Source of the DNA: Lama glama
Lineage: Eukaryota
Assembly (NCBI GenBank): GCA_028534125.1
Contig: CM052816.1
Location: 37,698,001-37,762,000, forward strand
Direction: 5' to 3'
DNA: 64,000 bases
Below, piece after piece: positions 51,131-64,000 of this stretch (within the stretch, counting starts at the first letter, position 1; each line of letters begins with the position of its first letter). The notes under the pieces were generated by a model. It was not told the DNA's origin. It saw only the letters and a list, made by a program, of their open reading frames with translations, and searched no databases. Both the position numbers and the translations under genes were made by a program.

Positions 51131-52679
51131 TGATGGGTCTATATTTAAAATTCTCTTCATCTTCCTCCCATAATAAAGACAGTAAAACAAATTTTAAAAA
51201 TAGCTATCAGTATCCACTGCTAATGTATATCTGCAATTGTTCAAGCCATCCTTTTCTAGTTAAGAGGAAGGGCATACAATATCAGAGTTTCTGTGCCCAG
51301 TGAACTTAACTAAAAGAATGGCGAGAGTAGCAGCCAGCTGTCCTGTGCGACCACCTTTAACTGAACTCCCATAACCCCACATCTCTCTGCAGGATATCTA
51401 CTCTCATGGGCTAAGTTCTCCTATTTCTTCAAAACTAGAGACAAAAGAAGTTATCATTGTGCTGTTTCTCCATAAAACACAATATAAAGACTTCAGTGAT
51501 TACAGTTATTGTTCAGACATGGTTCTTTCCAGTGCTCGGCCTCAGCCTTATTTCAGGCATTCATGTTCAGTTTGTCAGGGTCTGTTACTGCCACTGCCTT
51601 GGCCATCTTCAGATTTAAAGCTCTATCCCCATTTCTGATGACCAGTTTTATTATCCACCTCACTTATATTGGCTGTCGAATGATTTTCTTCATTTATTCA
51701 GCAAATGTCTACTGATCAGTTGTGACATTCCAGAGAATGTGGTAGATTCCAGGGATTTAGGAGTGGGTAAGAAAAACGCAAGTAGAAAGGGTTAATGAGC
51801 ATCTGTAAATGGACTGTTCAGTTGCAAAACGTAGGCCACTGCTGTGTAAGGGAAGTCAGAGGCTGCACTGGTTCTGAGAACTAATGGTTTGGAAGTTTGG
51901 TGAGGAACCACAGAGACTGCCAAGGTTATTAGAAAAGCCACAAATATATTTTTGAAAACTGACCGACAAATACTGTAGATGGCTCAAATAGAATTGAAAA
52001 AAATGATATTAGAGTTGTATCAGTCTACCATTCCAAATATTTCTGCAGTTTTTTTTTAAGTATTTACTTTTTTAGTGCAGGAAAATGGATTAAAAATTGT
52101 AGTATTTAACCAGTGTTGTGGGTTGCATGATAAATACAGAGGAAGGATACAAGGCTGTCATTTTGAGACTATGAATGAGATGGTAGGCCAACTCATCACC
52201 AGTCTGAGTAGGAAATTAGATTAAGGTGATCATATTTTCTTGGAGAAAGTTGTGGATAAAAGCACAGCATATCATGATTGATTATAAACTTAAAAAAGAA
52301 TGACATTTATTAATATTGAAGGTTTTGGTCACAAAATGTGGTACTAGAGTTTAAAATGTTAAAAATAAATTACACCCAGGTGATAATGAAGTTCAGAATG
52401 TGGCTCTGTGCTGGGGTTGATGATTTGTGATGGGGCTTTCTGATCTTCTTCACTAGTAACTGCATCGTAACTTGATTAAATCTCTACTTTTACATGATCA
52501 TTCCACTCCCTAAAGTTCAGATCTTGACCATGTAAGTATTATATTACTTTACATAATGCTGGCTCTTTCTGGTAAGTGTAATTACCTATGTCTTCCTCTT
52601 CAGTTATGTGTTTAATCAACCAATGCTTAGCATTACTCTGCTAGTCACTGGCAGAAGATTAACATATAGAATAAACCCC

Positions 52680-52850
52680 CATGAATTCCTGACCTAGTGT
52701 GGGATGGAACTAGTTACTGGTCTCTCAGGGTCTCAGTTACCTTATCTGTAAAATCAACATCACAGGATTGTTGTAAAGACTAGATGAGCTGATCAATAAA
52801 AAGTGCTTGGCATCATGCCTGGCATATTGTAAGCATGTAAAAGTAGTTAA
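52680..52850 (+). mobile_element. MIR SINE
   Basis: ctctcagggtctcagttaccttatctgtaaaat...cacaggattgttgtaaagactagatgag...gtgcttggcatcatgcctggcatattgtaagc. Confidence 0.8.
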
Positions 52851-53148
52851 AGTTAATATTCCTGGCATGAGACTGGCAGGGGTCATTGTGCAGAAGCAGC
52901 TGAGTAGACGGTGTGTTCAGAGAATGGCAGAAAGCCTGATAGGCTACAATGTAAGACAGACTTGTTATATAAACTCATTATAATGTTAGTGCAACAAAAG
53001 TAATTGGTCAAATAAATATGTTTTGATAAGTTTTACTAAGCACTCCAAAGCCAAATCTAAATTTTTAGATTTTGAATTCATTAGTCATTGTTCCTTTCCA
53101 ATAATTTAGGTAAATAAGAGCAGATCATATGTGTAGATTTAGGTAGGG

Positions 53149-53150
<2 letters not shown>

Positions 53151-53182
<32 letters not shown>
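53151..53182. repeat. (GT)16 microsatellite
   Basis: Read directly from the sequence. Confidence 0.95.
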
Positions 53183-53190
<8 letters not shown>

Positions 53191-56100
53191 AAAAAATTAG
53201 GAAACAAATCACAAGGAAGAACGAATAGCTACCTGAAGATAATCCCTTTTCCTTTCTTGGTACACACATAACCTTATGTTGGAGAATCTGTCCACCTGCT
53301 GATCTAGAAGTCAACTTCCCCAAACAAAGCCCCCAAAGATGTCGATCATTGTCATCAGTCTGATCAAAATGATGAGGAATCCTTATTTATTAGAGGGAAA
53401 GATCCAGCTTTTGAAACTGACTTTTCAAATTATTCTTTGTCTGGATAGAATATACCTATCACCACTCTCCAACAAGACACTCCTTTCCTGAGACCCCCAG
53501 GCCAGAAATCCTGATTTCTTGGATGTGCCTCAGTGCTGAATTCTGGAATGCTTACCACTATTCTCTTTAATCCATCAAGTCCTTTCACTCTTCCTTAAAA
53601 ACTCAACTGAACTCTCAAATTTTATATAAGTCCTTTCTTAAACACGGAAGCCTTCTGTATTTCTAATTTGAATAGTGTAACACTTACCCTTCCAATAAGC
53701 ACGTGGCCACAACTTTCTCCCATGCAGTATCTTTGTGAACATGTTATCTCCCCAGTCAAGTCCATAAATTCGTCTAAGTTAGATACTCCATTTTATATTA
53801 TTTACGCTTCCAACATTTTTGGCATCTGCTAGATACTCAATAACTATTTAGTAAATTTAAAGGTCATTTTTAGGCAAAACCGTTGTAAACACAAGTGTAG
53901 GATTTTGTTCTAGGTATGAGGAACAAACAACTGAGAAGCAGAATTTTGGCTCTGTCCTTTTTCTGAATCTTCATACAGTTCATTCAGGATGTGGGAAGAC
54001 ATCATGGCCCGATTTATAAAAACAGATCACAGCTGACAGCTATGCAGTGCCTCATTCCTGTAACTGGCTTTAGGAGAATATGAACACTGTCAGTAAATGG
54101 CTAAGAAAACTAGATTAAGAGAGTTACATAACTTAAATGACTATATTACATCCTGGCAATTATATTTGAAAGGGCGAGGCCTTTCATTGAATATCACCCT
54201 TGAACTTTGTATTGCTTTTCTTTATTTGTGGAAATGAGTTAAGTATAAAAGTGATATGTATGTTTCCTCTAAGATAGTCTCTTGTTATGAGAACTAAATA
54301 CTTCATGACAATTCAAGACATTAGCTCATCAGTACTAAAAGCCAGATTTCTCCTGTTAATGTATAATAGGTACATAAAGAATCATTCATTTGTTAGAAAG
54401 CCAAAGCAAATTTCATTCTTTCCTATTCGTATATTGTGAGCACTACAAGCATAAAATCAAATAACTTTTGTCTTACCTCAGATAGTTGTCATGTCATATG
54501 CGTGGAGCTAACAGCCATAATCCAGTAGTGGTCCTGGCAAAAGTACCTTATAATATTTATAATTACTTAATGAGGCAGGGACAGAATACCTGGGTTTGGT
54601 GTAGTGATAGTAATCTTTTTCCTTCTCACATCATTATTTTGAGACAGCAATGATTTTTCTTAGTTGAGCAATTTCTGTACGTACAATATTAATAGGATTT
54701 TTTTTCAAGAAGCAGTCATTTTTAAAGATGTTTCCACATGTACTGTTCCTCCAATATCAAATGTAGCACCCATAGAGCATTTCTCATATTTCTTTGTGAC
54801 CACGTGGTGGTTACTAATATTCAAGGAAAACCACCAGCATTTAAGAGCAATTTCATAGTTAATTGAGAAATAAGCACTAATTAAATTTCTGTTTAAAAGA
54901 TCATGCCACCCTACAAATTAAATTTATAAGTTCAGTCAGATATTCAATTACCTTTTAAAATTATATGTTGCAAAATTAAGTAATGTAGCTGAGTTTTTTT
55001 CACTTCTTCAATAGCTACATTGATATCTTGTAGCTGTATCTCTGAGCTCTCGCCCAGAAAGATGGGCAACCAGCCGGACTTGAGTTGAATCATACTGATA
55101 TAAATGATGCTCAGGGTGACCTGAAGGCACACTGTAGAGCTGAGCATCCAAATGCCTGCTCACATCCAATTTTTCATACACCTGATTGCAATTTCAGAGT
55201 CTCAATAGCGTATTTAAAACAGAAATTTAGAAATGAAGTGCCTTTCCAAACAAAGAAACCTTGCCATTAGCAACTCTTTACAACCTTGCCTATTTGTTTC
55301 TCATTTCCATGTAAAAATCCCATGAGTGAAATAGCGAAAACAGTTTATTTCACTTATGTCTGTCATGAAAAGGAAGTGTAATATTTGACGACAAAGCTCA
55401 TAGTATTATCTTCAACACAAAAGAAGTTACATTTGATTGGAAAAGTTAATTATATGCATAAAGAGAGCTGAGATGCTAACAGCTAATTACTCATAAAGGA
55501 AAATTAAATCTAATTTTCTAACTGACAGTTGCTATCTGGAAATATTTTTATTAAACACAACAAATTCCAATTTATTATAGTGGGAACTCTAAAATTTTAT
55601 GGGGCACAGTCAGATGTATATAAATTCGGTTAAAAGCCAGTGAGTACAGAGGGTTGCAGCAAGTCAGAAAATTTTTTCAATGAATATTTTTGGTTGTTTT
55701 TGTTATCACTGTTAACTATTAGCAGCTAAACGAAATCATGATGATACACTGCAGAAATCCTTGGGATATGATTCTCTTCGCTGCTGTGCCATTTGTTCAC
55801 CTAGATTATAAGGTAGAACTAAAGTGAGAAACTTGCCTAGGAGATTGAAACTTCATGCACAATTAAAGCTACTTCATATTGATGGACTTACCTGTCTGGC
55901 ATTCGATCTTAACTATTGACTCAGAACTCACTCATTCATTTCATAATGAAGCAAGGTCTTAAAAATGTACTAAAAAACATGCTACTAATTAGGAAAACGT
56001 TGCAGTTCTGGACAAGGATGGAGCAAAGAGGTAAGTAACAATAAGAACGAAAACATGAAGGAAAAAATAATAATTTCAGGATTCCTCAACTGCTGCAAAT

Positions 56101-56399
56101 ACTTGTATATAAAACTTCTGAATGGGAACAGATCAACTCAGAGCAATTGTCTCAGCTGAATGCATGACTGACCTTCAGATGAGAGACCTCACTTGTTAAG
56201 ATAGCAGGAAAATTACAGTGAGTCTAAAAGTCATTCTTTGAAGTATGTAAATACTGGCATATTAAAAAAAAAAAAGCCCATCATTGAAATATTGGTGTTA
56301 AGCAAGTTTTTGGAAGATGATTCCTTTTCCTTTGGTTTATAGCAAGTGTTCTTTAGCAGTTAAACAGCAGTCAAAGACTGATCTTTGTCTTCCTTCCAA

Positions 56400-56683
56400 T
56401 TATCCAGTTGTTGCTTATCTATTTTACGTAGTTTGTAGCTGTTAATTCCATATTCCTAATTTATCCCTTCCTACCTCCCTTTCCCCTTCAGTCACCGTAA
56501 GTTTATTTTCTCTGTAAGTCTGTTTCTGTTTATATAGGTTCATTTGTATTATTTTTTTAGATACCACATATAAGTGATACCATATATTTGCCTGACTTAC
56601 TTCACTTAGTTTGATCATCTCTAAGTCTGTCCATGTTGCTGCAAATGGCAATATTTCATTCTTTTTACGACTGAGTAATATTC

Positions 56684-56725
<42 letters not shown>

Positions 56726-56856
56726 ATAGTCCATTGTATATATATACATATATCCCACATCTTCTTAAACTTTAAATAGTCATCTTTTGATGTGCACTTG
56801 GGTTGTTTCCATGTCTTATAAATAGTGCTGGTGTGAACATTGGAGTGCATGTGTCT
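56400..56856 (-). mobile_element. L1 3' fragment containing (GT)18 at 56686-56721
   Basis: ORF remnants MPFAATWTDLEMIKLSEVSQ and TWKQPKC, from the L1 ORF2 C-terminus and 3'UTR. Confidence 0.9.
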
Positions 56857-56859
56857 AAG

Positions 56860-58740
56860 GTCTGTCCCTTTATCTGTAGCCCCTATTGATAAGCCACTAT
56901 TATTACACCTTCTTTTAATTTTTTAAATGTGGTTTATTTTACTTCTTTGAACATATTCACACTAGCTGCTTTGCAGTTTCTGTCTGCCAGGTCCAACGTA
57001 TGGGCAAAAACTCACCCCTCAAAGTTAATTTCTATTGCCTTTTTTTCCCCTTATGTACTGGTCACATTTTCTGGTTTCATTGCATATCTCATAATTTTGT
57101 TGAAAATTTGCCATTTTAGATCATATGTTGTAGCACTTTTGGATACTGAACCAACCCCCTCTTCTCTTTTGGGGACTTGTTTTTGTTTATTTGGTCTTTG
57201 TTTAATGACTTGGTTAGAAAATTCTTTGATGTCTACTTCCCCTTCAGTGGCAACGTCTAATGACACTGCTCCAAATTTTCCCCTTGTTTTCATCCTAACC
57301 TGGTTTCCCAGAGTCCATATAAACTATGTAATAATCAATAGCTGTACATAAGCCACCTTAGGCAGTTATGTTTTTACCCTTAACTGTTGGAGGTATGTGT
57401 GGCTTGTAGACTGTTGTCACAGTGCATGGAGCTTACAAAAATGTCCCCTATGTTCAGCCAGGGACTAGTGGCTCAGAGACGGTCTCTTTGGGCATCCCTA
57501 AGAGTGCGCCCAAGGAAGAGTGAGTCTTAGGTGTGTGAGCAGTCGTTTAGACTATTGTTAGTGGGTGCGACTTTATGTTAAAGCCTGAAGCCCCAGGGTC
57601 TGTGCTGGGTCGTGGTACCTTCCCTTCATGCGTGTTTGCTGAGCGGTCTGTGCGGGCCCCGGCCTGCAGGACGGGGGGCCCCTTGCATTTTGCTGTTGGG
57701 TCTGTGAGTCGCCTGGGGGCATGCTCTCCTGACCTCCGGCTGTCAGAACTCTGATGGCTCCTGAGTGGGTGCAGTACAGCTCACAAACAAAAGTCTCCGT
57801 ACTCCCTGGGGAGTAATGTAATGCCAGAAAGGCGCCTTCGGGCTGCTTGTTTCCCTGGCTCTTCCTAGCCATGCTGCCATTTGGCTTGTTGCTACATTAA
57901 CAACAGCGCTACCAGTCCTTATTAACTGCTCACCATTTTTTAAAAAAATTTCTTTTGTAAACACCATTAGGCATGGACTTCTTCAGGCTTTATTCCAAGT
58001 TGTCACTTTTCTCAGACAGAGTTATAGATCTTTCTATCCATTATGTCCTGCCTCTCCTGCTGGGCAGAACATCTACTTTGCTTCAGTGAAGCTATTAGCA
58101 GGGAGTGTGTCACTTTTCCCCGAGTGATGCCGCTGCTCTAAGATGGGCACTGAGGCGGTGGGCATAGAGGGAGCAGCATGGTGACAGTCTCTGGCCTTCC
58201 TTGCTTGCGCTTCCTAGCAGGGATTCTTCATTCCAGCAAGCTGTTATGGATGTGATTGGGGCTCACTGTTCTTGGAGCCCTAGGAGTAGAAGCTGGGTTG
58301 GGGGAGAGAGACCCAGTGTTCTCAGTTGTGCCTGCCCTTACCAGCGCTTTTTACAGGACTAGGGAGGATAAAAGATGTCGAGGGACTGCCCCTCCTGGAC
58401 AGCTGTAGCTCTAGACCAGACACTTGCAGGAGAGGAATTCCTCTGTCTTCAGGGTCCCATCGGCCTGGAGTAAAGTGCCCAGAATAGAACTTTTATCATT
58501 TAGTTGGCGGAGTGCAGGATGTGGGAGGAGGTCATGGCTCACATGAGGCAGATTCTTGCCATTCTTAATGAAATTTAGCAAATTTTCTTGAATAAATAAA
58601 TGTCTACTTGCTGCATGTCCTTAGGAAAATTTCCACAGACTTCAAATTTTTAAAAAAATAATTTTCCCCACTTAAATGACTGTTGTGCTGCGAGGAGTAT
58701 CCATTAGTTTCCTCACGCCACTATTCTAGAATATTCACCA
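56860..58740 (-). mobile_element. Old L1 (L1M4/L1MC-like) 5'UTR and ORF1 start
   Basis: The minus frame ...FNKIMRYAMKPENVT resembles the KITRHAKKQENVT stretch of old L1 5' regions. GC-rich 5'UTR-like sequence lies to the right. Confidence 0.6.
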
Positions 58741-58744
58741 CGTC

Positions 58745-58830
58745 CATTTAAGGTCATACTATTATTATGCCAAATTTCAGGTGAAGAAACTAAGGCTCAG
58801 AGAGAATATATAATTTGTTTATTGTTGAAT
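58745..58830 (-). mobile_element. MIR fragment
   Basis: tactattattatgccaaatttcaggtgaagaaactaaggctcagagag. Confidence 0.7.
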
Positions 58831-59889
58831 TTCCTTAATTTAGTGTAATTCTCTCGCCTATAGTATTGAATTCAACACATAAGAAAAAAAGTAGATGAAT
58901 GAAAAAACATACCTGAGCATTCTCCTAGAACTAGAGAAAGAAGCTTTAAGTCCAGCAATTGGAATGGAATATTTTTGTGCTTTATAGAAAAATTAGAACA
59001 AATACTTGTATGAGTCGCACTACCATAATTATAAACCAGAGGTTAGTGAACACTTTGCGGCTTGCTGTTCTATCTTTTAGAATATAGCGTCTTCTACTCA
59101 AGATGTTGAAAGTGAGTCTTCACAGATTTAACTGAAATTATTACCACAATGTCCCTGTAAGAACCCCTATCTGTGTAACAAAACCAGGAGAGACACACAT
59201 AGAGAGATACTCACATTGACCTTTAAACCTTTGTGTGACACGCATCCTTCACATATGAGAACAACTGAGTGACCAGGGATTTGAGTGGGGTTCAGTGCCT
59301 GTGGCAGATTGGAAGACGTGCTTCTCAGAGCCAGTCACCTCTCTTGACTGTGAACTTTGCCATATGACTTCTGCTATAGGAATGAGGTCAGGTGCTGACT
59401 GGGGCTCTTTATGCAAAAATCAGTCATTGGCTGCTTTCTTCAGGATACATAATGTCAGTCCTTTTGCTACTACGGGACCATTCAAGAAGGCAGTCATGAT
59501 GTGGAAGAAATCAAACTTGTATAGGAATTTAGCTAAGTTCACTTAAATGTATTGTTACATCAGCTCTCACGTACTTAACGTCCACTATAAAGTCATTCTT
59601 AATTTTAAGGGAAAATTCCCTAGTGGGAATCCTAGGGATGGGATTTTGTTTGGCTTTTAACAATTCAGACATGCAGACTTTCTGATTAAAATTCATAACA
59701 TATTTCCTTTCCCCTCTTTACTTTCCTTATATAGCTGTAGCTTAAACAGGTTAAAATATTTTGAAGAACAAAACTAATAAAATTGGAAAAACTGAATTGG
59801 TTCCTTTGGGCAAGTTTAAAAAGCTACAGGGCAAAGCACAGTTTTGTTGTGGTTAATTGTCAGTGTTCATTGATGCAATGATTTAATCC

Positions 59890-60080
59890 CTCATCATGGG
59901 GTGTGCTAGAAAGAGTATAGGGCATCTGGGTTTGCTTGCTACCTTGCCACTTAAAAGATCTATGACTTTGAACACCTTCTTTGTAATCTCTGATTAGCAG
60001 GAGTTTTCTTTAAAACATCTATTATACTATCTACTCTACAAGACTTTTGTAAACATTACCTAAGACGACTATCTAAAAGT
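59890..60080 (+). mobile_element. MIR fragment
   Basis: catctgggtttg...ccttgccactta...tatgactttgaac. Confidence 0.5.
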
Positions 60081-61339
60081 ATTCCTTTGGAGAGATTATG
60101 CAGAAGTCAGATCTGGTCTTTGTATTTCAGAGGTTTGGGTTCCATAGAGGCAGCTTAAATCTACAACTGAGAGAGTTAATGAGCTCAGCCATTGCAGGTC
60201 AGAAGTTTAAAAGTGACAGAGAAGTGTCTGGAGATGGCTTCATGATACAACAAAAATCTGAACCCAGAAGAATGGCATTTGCACAGTCTGACAGCAGCCT
60301 TGGAGGAGGAAAATCCAGTGCATTGGAAAAAGGATTACTTTGAGGAGACCTCTCAACAGAGCGCGCCAGACAGGATCTATTTCAGTAGTGCGTCTGAAGA
60401 ATAGCCAGCAAGTCAGGTGGATTATCAGCACTCTTGTGCTAATCCTCCTGTTACAGTGTGGAGTAGTTCGTCTGTATTTTTAGAAGCTGTCTTCCAATTA
60501 AGAGATGATTTACAAAAAACAATGCCCTGTACACGCTTATGTCCAAATCACTCTGAGAAACCAAGAGTGAAAAACAAAGAGTATTGGCCACAAGAAGTTA
60601 CTTTCACCATCCGGAGCTAAGTACCAATACTACAGGGATGGTCTAGAACGAATTAATGCAGCTTCAGCGGTTAAAAAAAAAAAAAAAAAGAGCATAGAGA
60701 GCTGTTAAATGTAAGTTAATTTTCAAAAAAGATACATTTCATAATCACAAAGATACTCTTTCACAGGAAAGAGAAAGCAGTGAAGCATCTCAAGCTAAAA
60801 ATAAGAGTTTTTTGTTTAAAGAAAAAGATCACTCCAGTTTAGTTTAACAAGAAATAGAGAATGATTAGCCTTCGTCTTTTGCTTTAGAGATGATTATCAT
60901 CATGACGATAGACAATTATTTAACAATGAAATGTGGCTGACGTTGTTTTAGGCTTTATGAATTCGCAAGTTAATAAAAGCTAGTGGTTCTGAATGAATTT
61001 ATCACAGGGGTTGGGGAGGGTTAAGGAAAAAACAGTAGCATATGAAATAATTAGCAGTAGGTATCAAAGAGATACAAGCATAACTGTTATCTCACTTTAC
61101 TTTTTTAGAATGTTATTTTTTTTAAATCATAGAAATATGTGCTGCTTATGATGGATAAAAGAAATTGTACAAACCCTCTGTATAATCTCCTTCTGATTCT
61201 CTGATCCTACCAACTGTAGTCATCAGACTCCCTTATAGCAAACACTGGGGCCAGTCTTGTCACTAGTCAAGGTCAATGTAAGGAGTGTTAGGTGCATAAC
61301 TTTATGACAAACTTTAACATAAGCACTGATGATTTTTTT

Positions 61340-62200
61340 CAATTTATTCATTTCTCAAAAGTTTATCTAGCACTGACTATGAACTTAAGAACATTATTGG
61401 AAATAGAGATAAAAACAGTGTAAAGAGATAAAAATCTCTGCCATGAAAAGCTGATGCTTCAGTGAAGAAGACAGAATAAACACATAAACATATGAACAAG
61501 TAAACTTATACTACAATATGACAGTAACAAATTACGTGAAGCAAGGTAAGTTTCTTATGCTCAAAATTAAGAGTAAGAGGTAAAGACTGAGGGAGGAAGG
61601 GGTATTTTGGAAAGGTGGCCAAAGAAAACCTCTCTGAGAAGTCTTTGTTAAAAAGAGGCCAGAAAGGATTGAAGGAGTGAGGAGGATACTGGGCACGAGA
61701 ATACCAAAGACATCTAATCTGAGAGCATGCTTGAAACATTTGAAGAAAAAAAGGCCAGGAAGGCTGAAACTGAGTGAGAGCAAGAGGAAAGAATTTTCTA
61801 GGAAACAAAAATGTAGAGTTTTAGACCATGGCAAACACTTTGGGAGATATTTTAAAAGAGATGAAATAACCATGGTACACAGGTATGACATAATGTAACA
61901 CACTGTTATTATTATTTAAGGTTACTGTAGCTCTGATGTAGAGAATACCCTGCAGGCACAGAAGCAAGAATGGAAGCAGAGAAGGCAGTTAGCAGGCAAA
62001 TGCAGTGGTCCAGGTGAAAGATGGTCAGGGTAAAAGTGAGGAAATGGGATTAGATTTGAAAGTAGTCAATAGAATCTGTAAATAATTTAGATAAGGATAT
62101 GAAGGAGGGGTGGATTCCAAGATATCTTAAAGGTTCTTGTCCAATACAATTAAATAAATAGTGGAGATATTTACTAAGATGGAGAACAAAAGGATCCTGG
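61340..62200 (+). mobile_element. L2 LINE fragment
   Basis: atttattcatttctcaaaagtttatctagcactgactatg...aaacctctctgagaag...gcagtggtccaggtgaaagatgg...tttactaagatggaga. Confidence 0.75.
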
Positions 62201-62229
62201 GTTTAGGGTATTTGGTAGTGTGTGAAACT

Positions 62230-62522
62230 CCTATAATTGTATACAGGAAATAAAGAATTAAATGGGTGGCAGATAGTGGGAGCTAGGTTTCTCACAGCTG
62301 GAGTGGGAAGCTATAGATAAGGAAGAGGAGGAGGTAATATAATCTACATGGTAATGGATTAGAGTTGGAGACATCTTTATGTCTGAATAGACATAAATGG
62401 TTACATAAAATGTTTATAGACATTTTAACTTAATACAGACATAGATGGTTACACAGGAATATTTATAGATACTGTGTGTATATATATTGGTTAGGATAGA
62501 GCATGTATATTTTCTTGCTCTG
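62230..62522 (+). mobile_element. Old L1 (L1MC/MD-like) 3'UTR fragment
   Basis: gggagctaggtttctcacagctggagtgggaag...catggtaatggattagagttggagacatc. Confidence 0.65.
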
Positions 62523-62737
62523 ACAGCTGCTGTAACAAAGTAATAGACTGGATGACTTATACACAACATTTATTTTTCACAGTTCTGGAGGCTGGCAAGC
62601 CAGGCTCATGGGAGCTTGTAGATTCAGTGTTTGTTTTGGGTCTGCTTCCTAGTTAGCAGTCTTTTCACTGTAACCTTACATGGTGGAAGAGGCAAGGAGC
62701 TTTCTTCAAATCATTTTTATAAGAATATTAATTCCAT
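62523..62737 (-). mobile_element. MaLR LTR (MLT1A/B-like) interrupted by an L1
   Basis: gctgctgtaacaaagtaatagactggatgactta...cacagttctggaggctgg...tttttataagaatattaattccatt. Confidence 0.75.
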
Positions 62738-64000
62738 TAAGTCATCTTTAATTTCCTTAGTCAATGTTTTGTAGTTTTCCATGTTTAAGTCTTTCACCTC
62801 CTTGGTCAGATTTACTCCTAAGTATTTTATTGTTTTGGATGTGTTTTTAAAAGGAATTGGTTCTTTACTTTCTTTTCCTGCTATTTCATTGTTAGTGTAA
62901 AGAAATGCAACTGATTTCTGTATGTTAATCTTGCTGAATACTTTCATCAGCTCTAGTAGTTTCTGTGTGGAGCTTTTAGGGTTTTTTATATATAGTATGT
63001 CATCTGCAAATGTGACAATTTTACCTCTTCTCTTACAACTTTGATCCCTTCTATTTCTTTTTCTTGTCTGATTGCTGTGGATAGGACTTCCAAGACTACA
63101 CTGAATAGAAGTGGGGAGAGTGGGCATGCTTGGCTTGTTCTAGATTTTAGTGGGAATGCTTCAGTTTTTCACCATTGAGTACTATGCTGGCTGTGGGTTG
63201 GTCATAAATAGCTTTAGTTATGCTGAGATGTGTTCCCTCTATATCCACTCTGGTTAGAGTTTTTAATCATAAATGAGTGTTTAATTTTATCAAATGCTTT
63301 TTCTGCATCTGTTGAGATGATCAGATGGTTTTTGTCCTTTCTTTTGTTGATGTGGTGTATCACATAGATTAATTTGCATATGTTGAACCATCCTTATGTC
63401 CCTGTGATGAATCCAACTTGATCATGGGTGTATAATCTCTTTTATGTGCTATTGGATTCTGTTTGCTAATATTTTGTTGAGGATTTTTGCATCTATGTTC
63501 ATCAGTGATATTGGCCTGTAATTTCTTTTTTGGTAGTGTCTTTGTCTGGTTTTGGTATCAGGGTGATGGTGGCTTCATAGAATGAATTTGGGAGTACTCC
63601 TTCCTTTTTAATCTTTTGGAAGAGTTTAAGAAGGATCAATATGAGCTCTTCTTTATATGTCTGGTAGAATTCCCCAGTGAAGCCATCTGGTCCTGTACTT
63701 TTATTGGTAGGGAGGTTTTTTTTTATTGCTGATTCTATTTCATTTCTAGTGATCAGTCTGTTCAAATGGTCTATTTCTTCTTGAAAATTCCATAAATGAT
63801 AAACACTGGAGTGGGTGTGGAAAAAAGGGAACCCTCCTACACTGCTGGTGCAGCCATTATAGAAAACAGTATAGAGATTCCTCAAGAAACTAAAAATAGA
63901 CTTACCCTATGATCCAGTAATTCCACTCCTGGGCATATATCTGGAGGGAACTCTCATTCAAATAGATACATGTACCCCAATGTTCAGAGCAGCACTATAT
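62738..64000 (+). mobile_element. Young L1 with 5' inversion: minus-strand RT segment at 62738-63785 plus plus-strand ORF2 C-terminus from 63786; continues beyond the window
   Basis: Minus-strand ORFs contain [12 protein letters not shown] and FADD (RT). Orientation switches at about 63785 to the C-terminal region (gtggaaaaaagggaaccctcctacactgctggtg...ctatgatccagtaattccactcctggg). Confidence 0.9.

Noticed and set aside
48140..56390. Relatively repeat-poor stretch as another hidden gene
   Set aside because: I found no chain of phase-compatible exons or protein-like frames by eye; conserved non-coding elements cannot be judged without alignments.
56929..57351. 140-aa hydrophobic plus-strand ORF
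   Set aside because: It is the antisense reading of A-rich old L1 sequence, which routinely yields Phe/Leu-rich ORFs.
1..64000. CRISPR array, operon, tRNA/rRNA genes or an intact autonomous retroelement
   Set aside because: The DNA is mammalian, no spaced direct-repeat arrays or tRNA/rRNA-like sequences were seen, and all L1/ERV ORFs are fragmentary.

Overview
AT-rich mammalian genomic DNA with no intact protein-coding gene that I can support. The lineage is probably Cetartiodactyla and most likely camelid, inferred from the style of the young L1 3' ends and the apparent absence of ruminant, pig or whale SINEs. Much of the window is transposable element: L1 of several ages, L2, MIR, MaLR/ERVL/ERV1 LTRs, an ERV env remnant, Tigger2 and MER5. 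The non-repetitive DNA contains two chains of spliced but disabled exons on the minus strand. Chain A (about 1-5976, running off the left end) looks like a dead type-I membrane-protein gene, with a TATA box, a signal-peptide-like first exon and a transmembrane-like exon. Chain B (about 30866-44247, possibly continuing at 10750-12340) has phase-compatible exons. Its conceptual translation resembles, from my memory of the family, CCDC162/C6orf183 (DUF4549). Also present: a U6-snRNA/L1 chimeric retrocopy with a perfect 16-bp TSD at the centre of a four-layer TE nest, two 5'-inverted L1 insertions and a probably internally primed L1. Repeat subfamily names and the DUF4549 assignment come from recognition by eye and need RepeatMasker/HMMER confirmation. 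Most TE boundaries are approximate.
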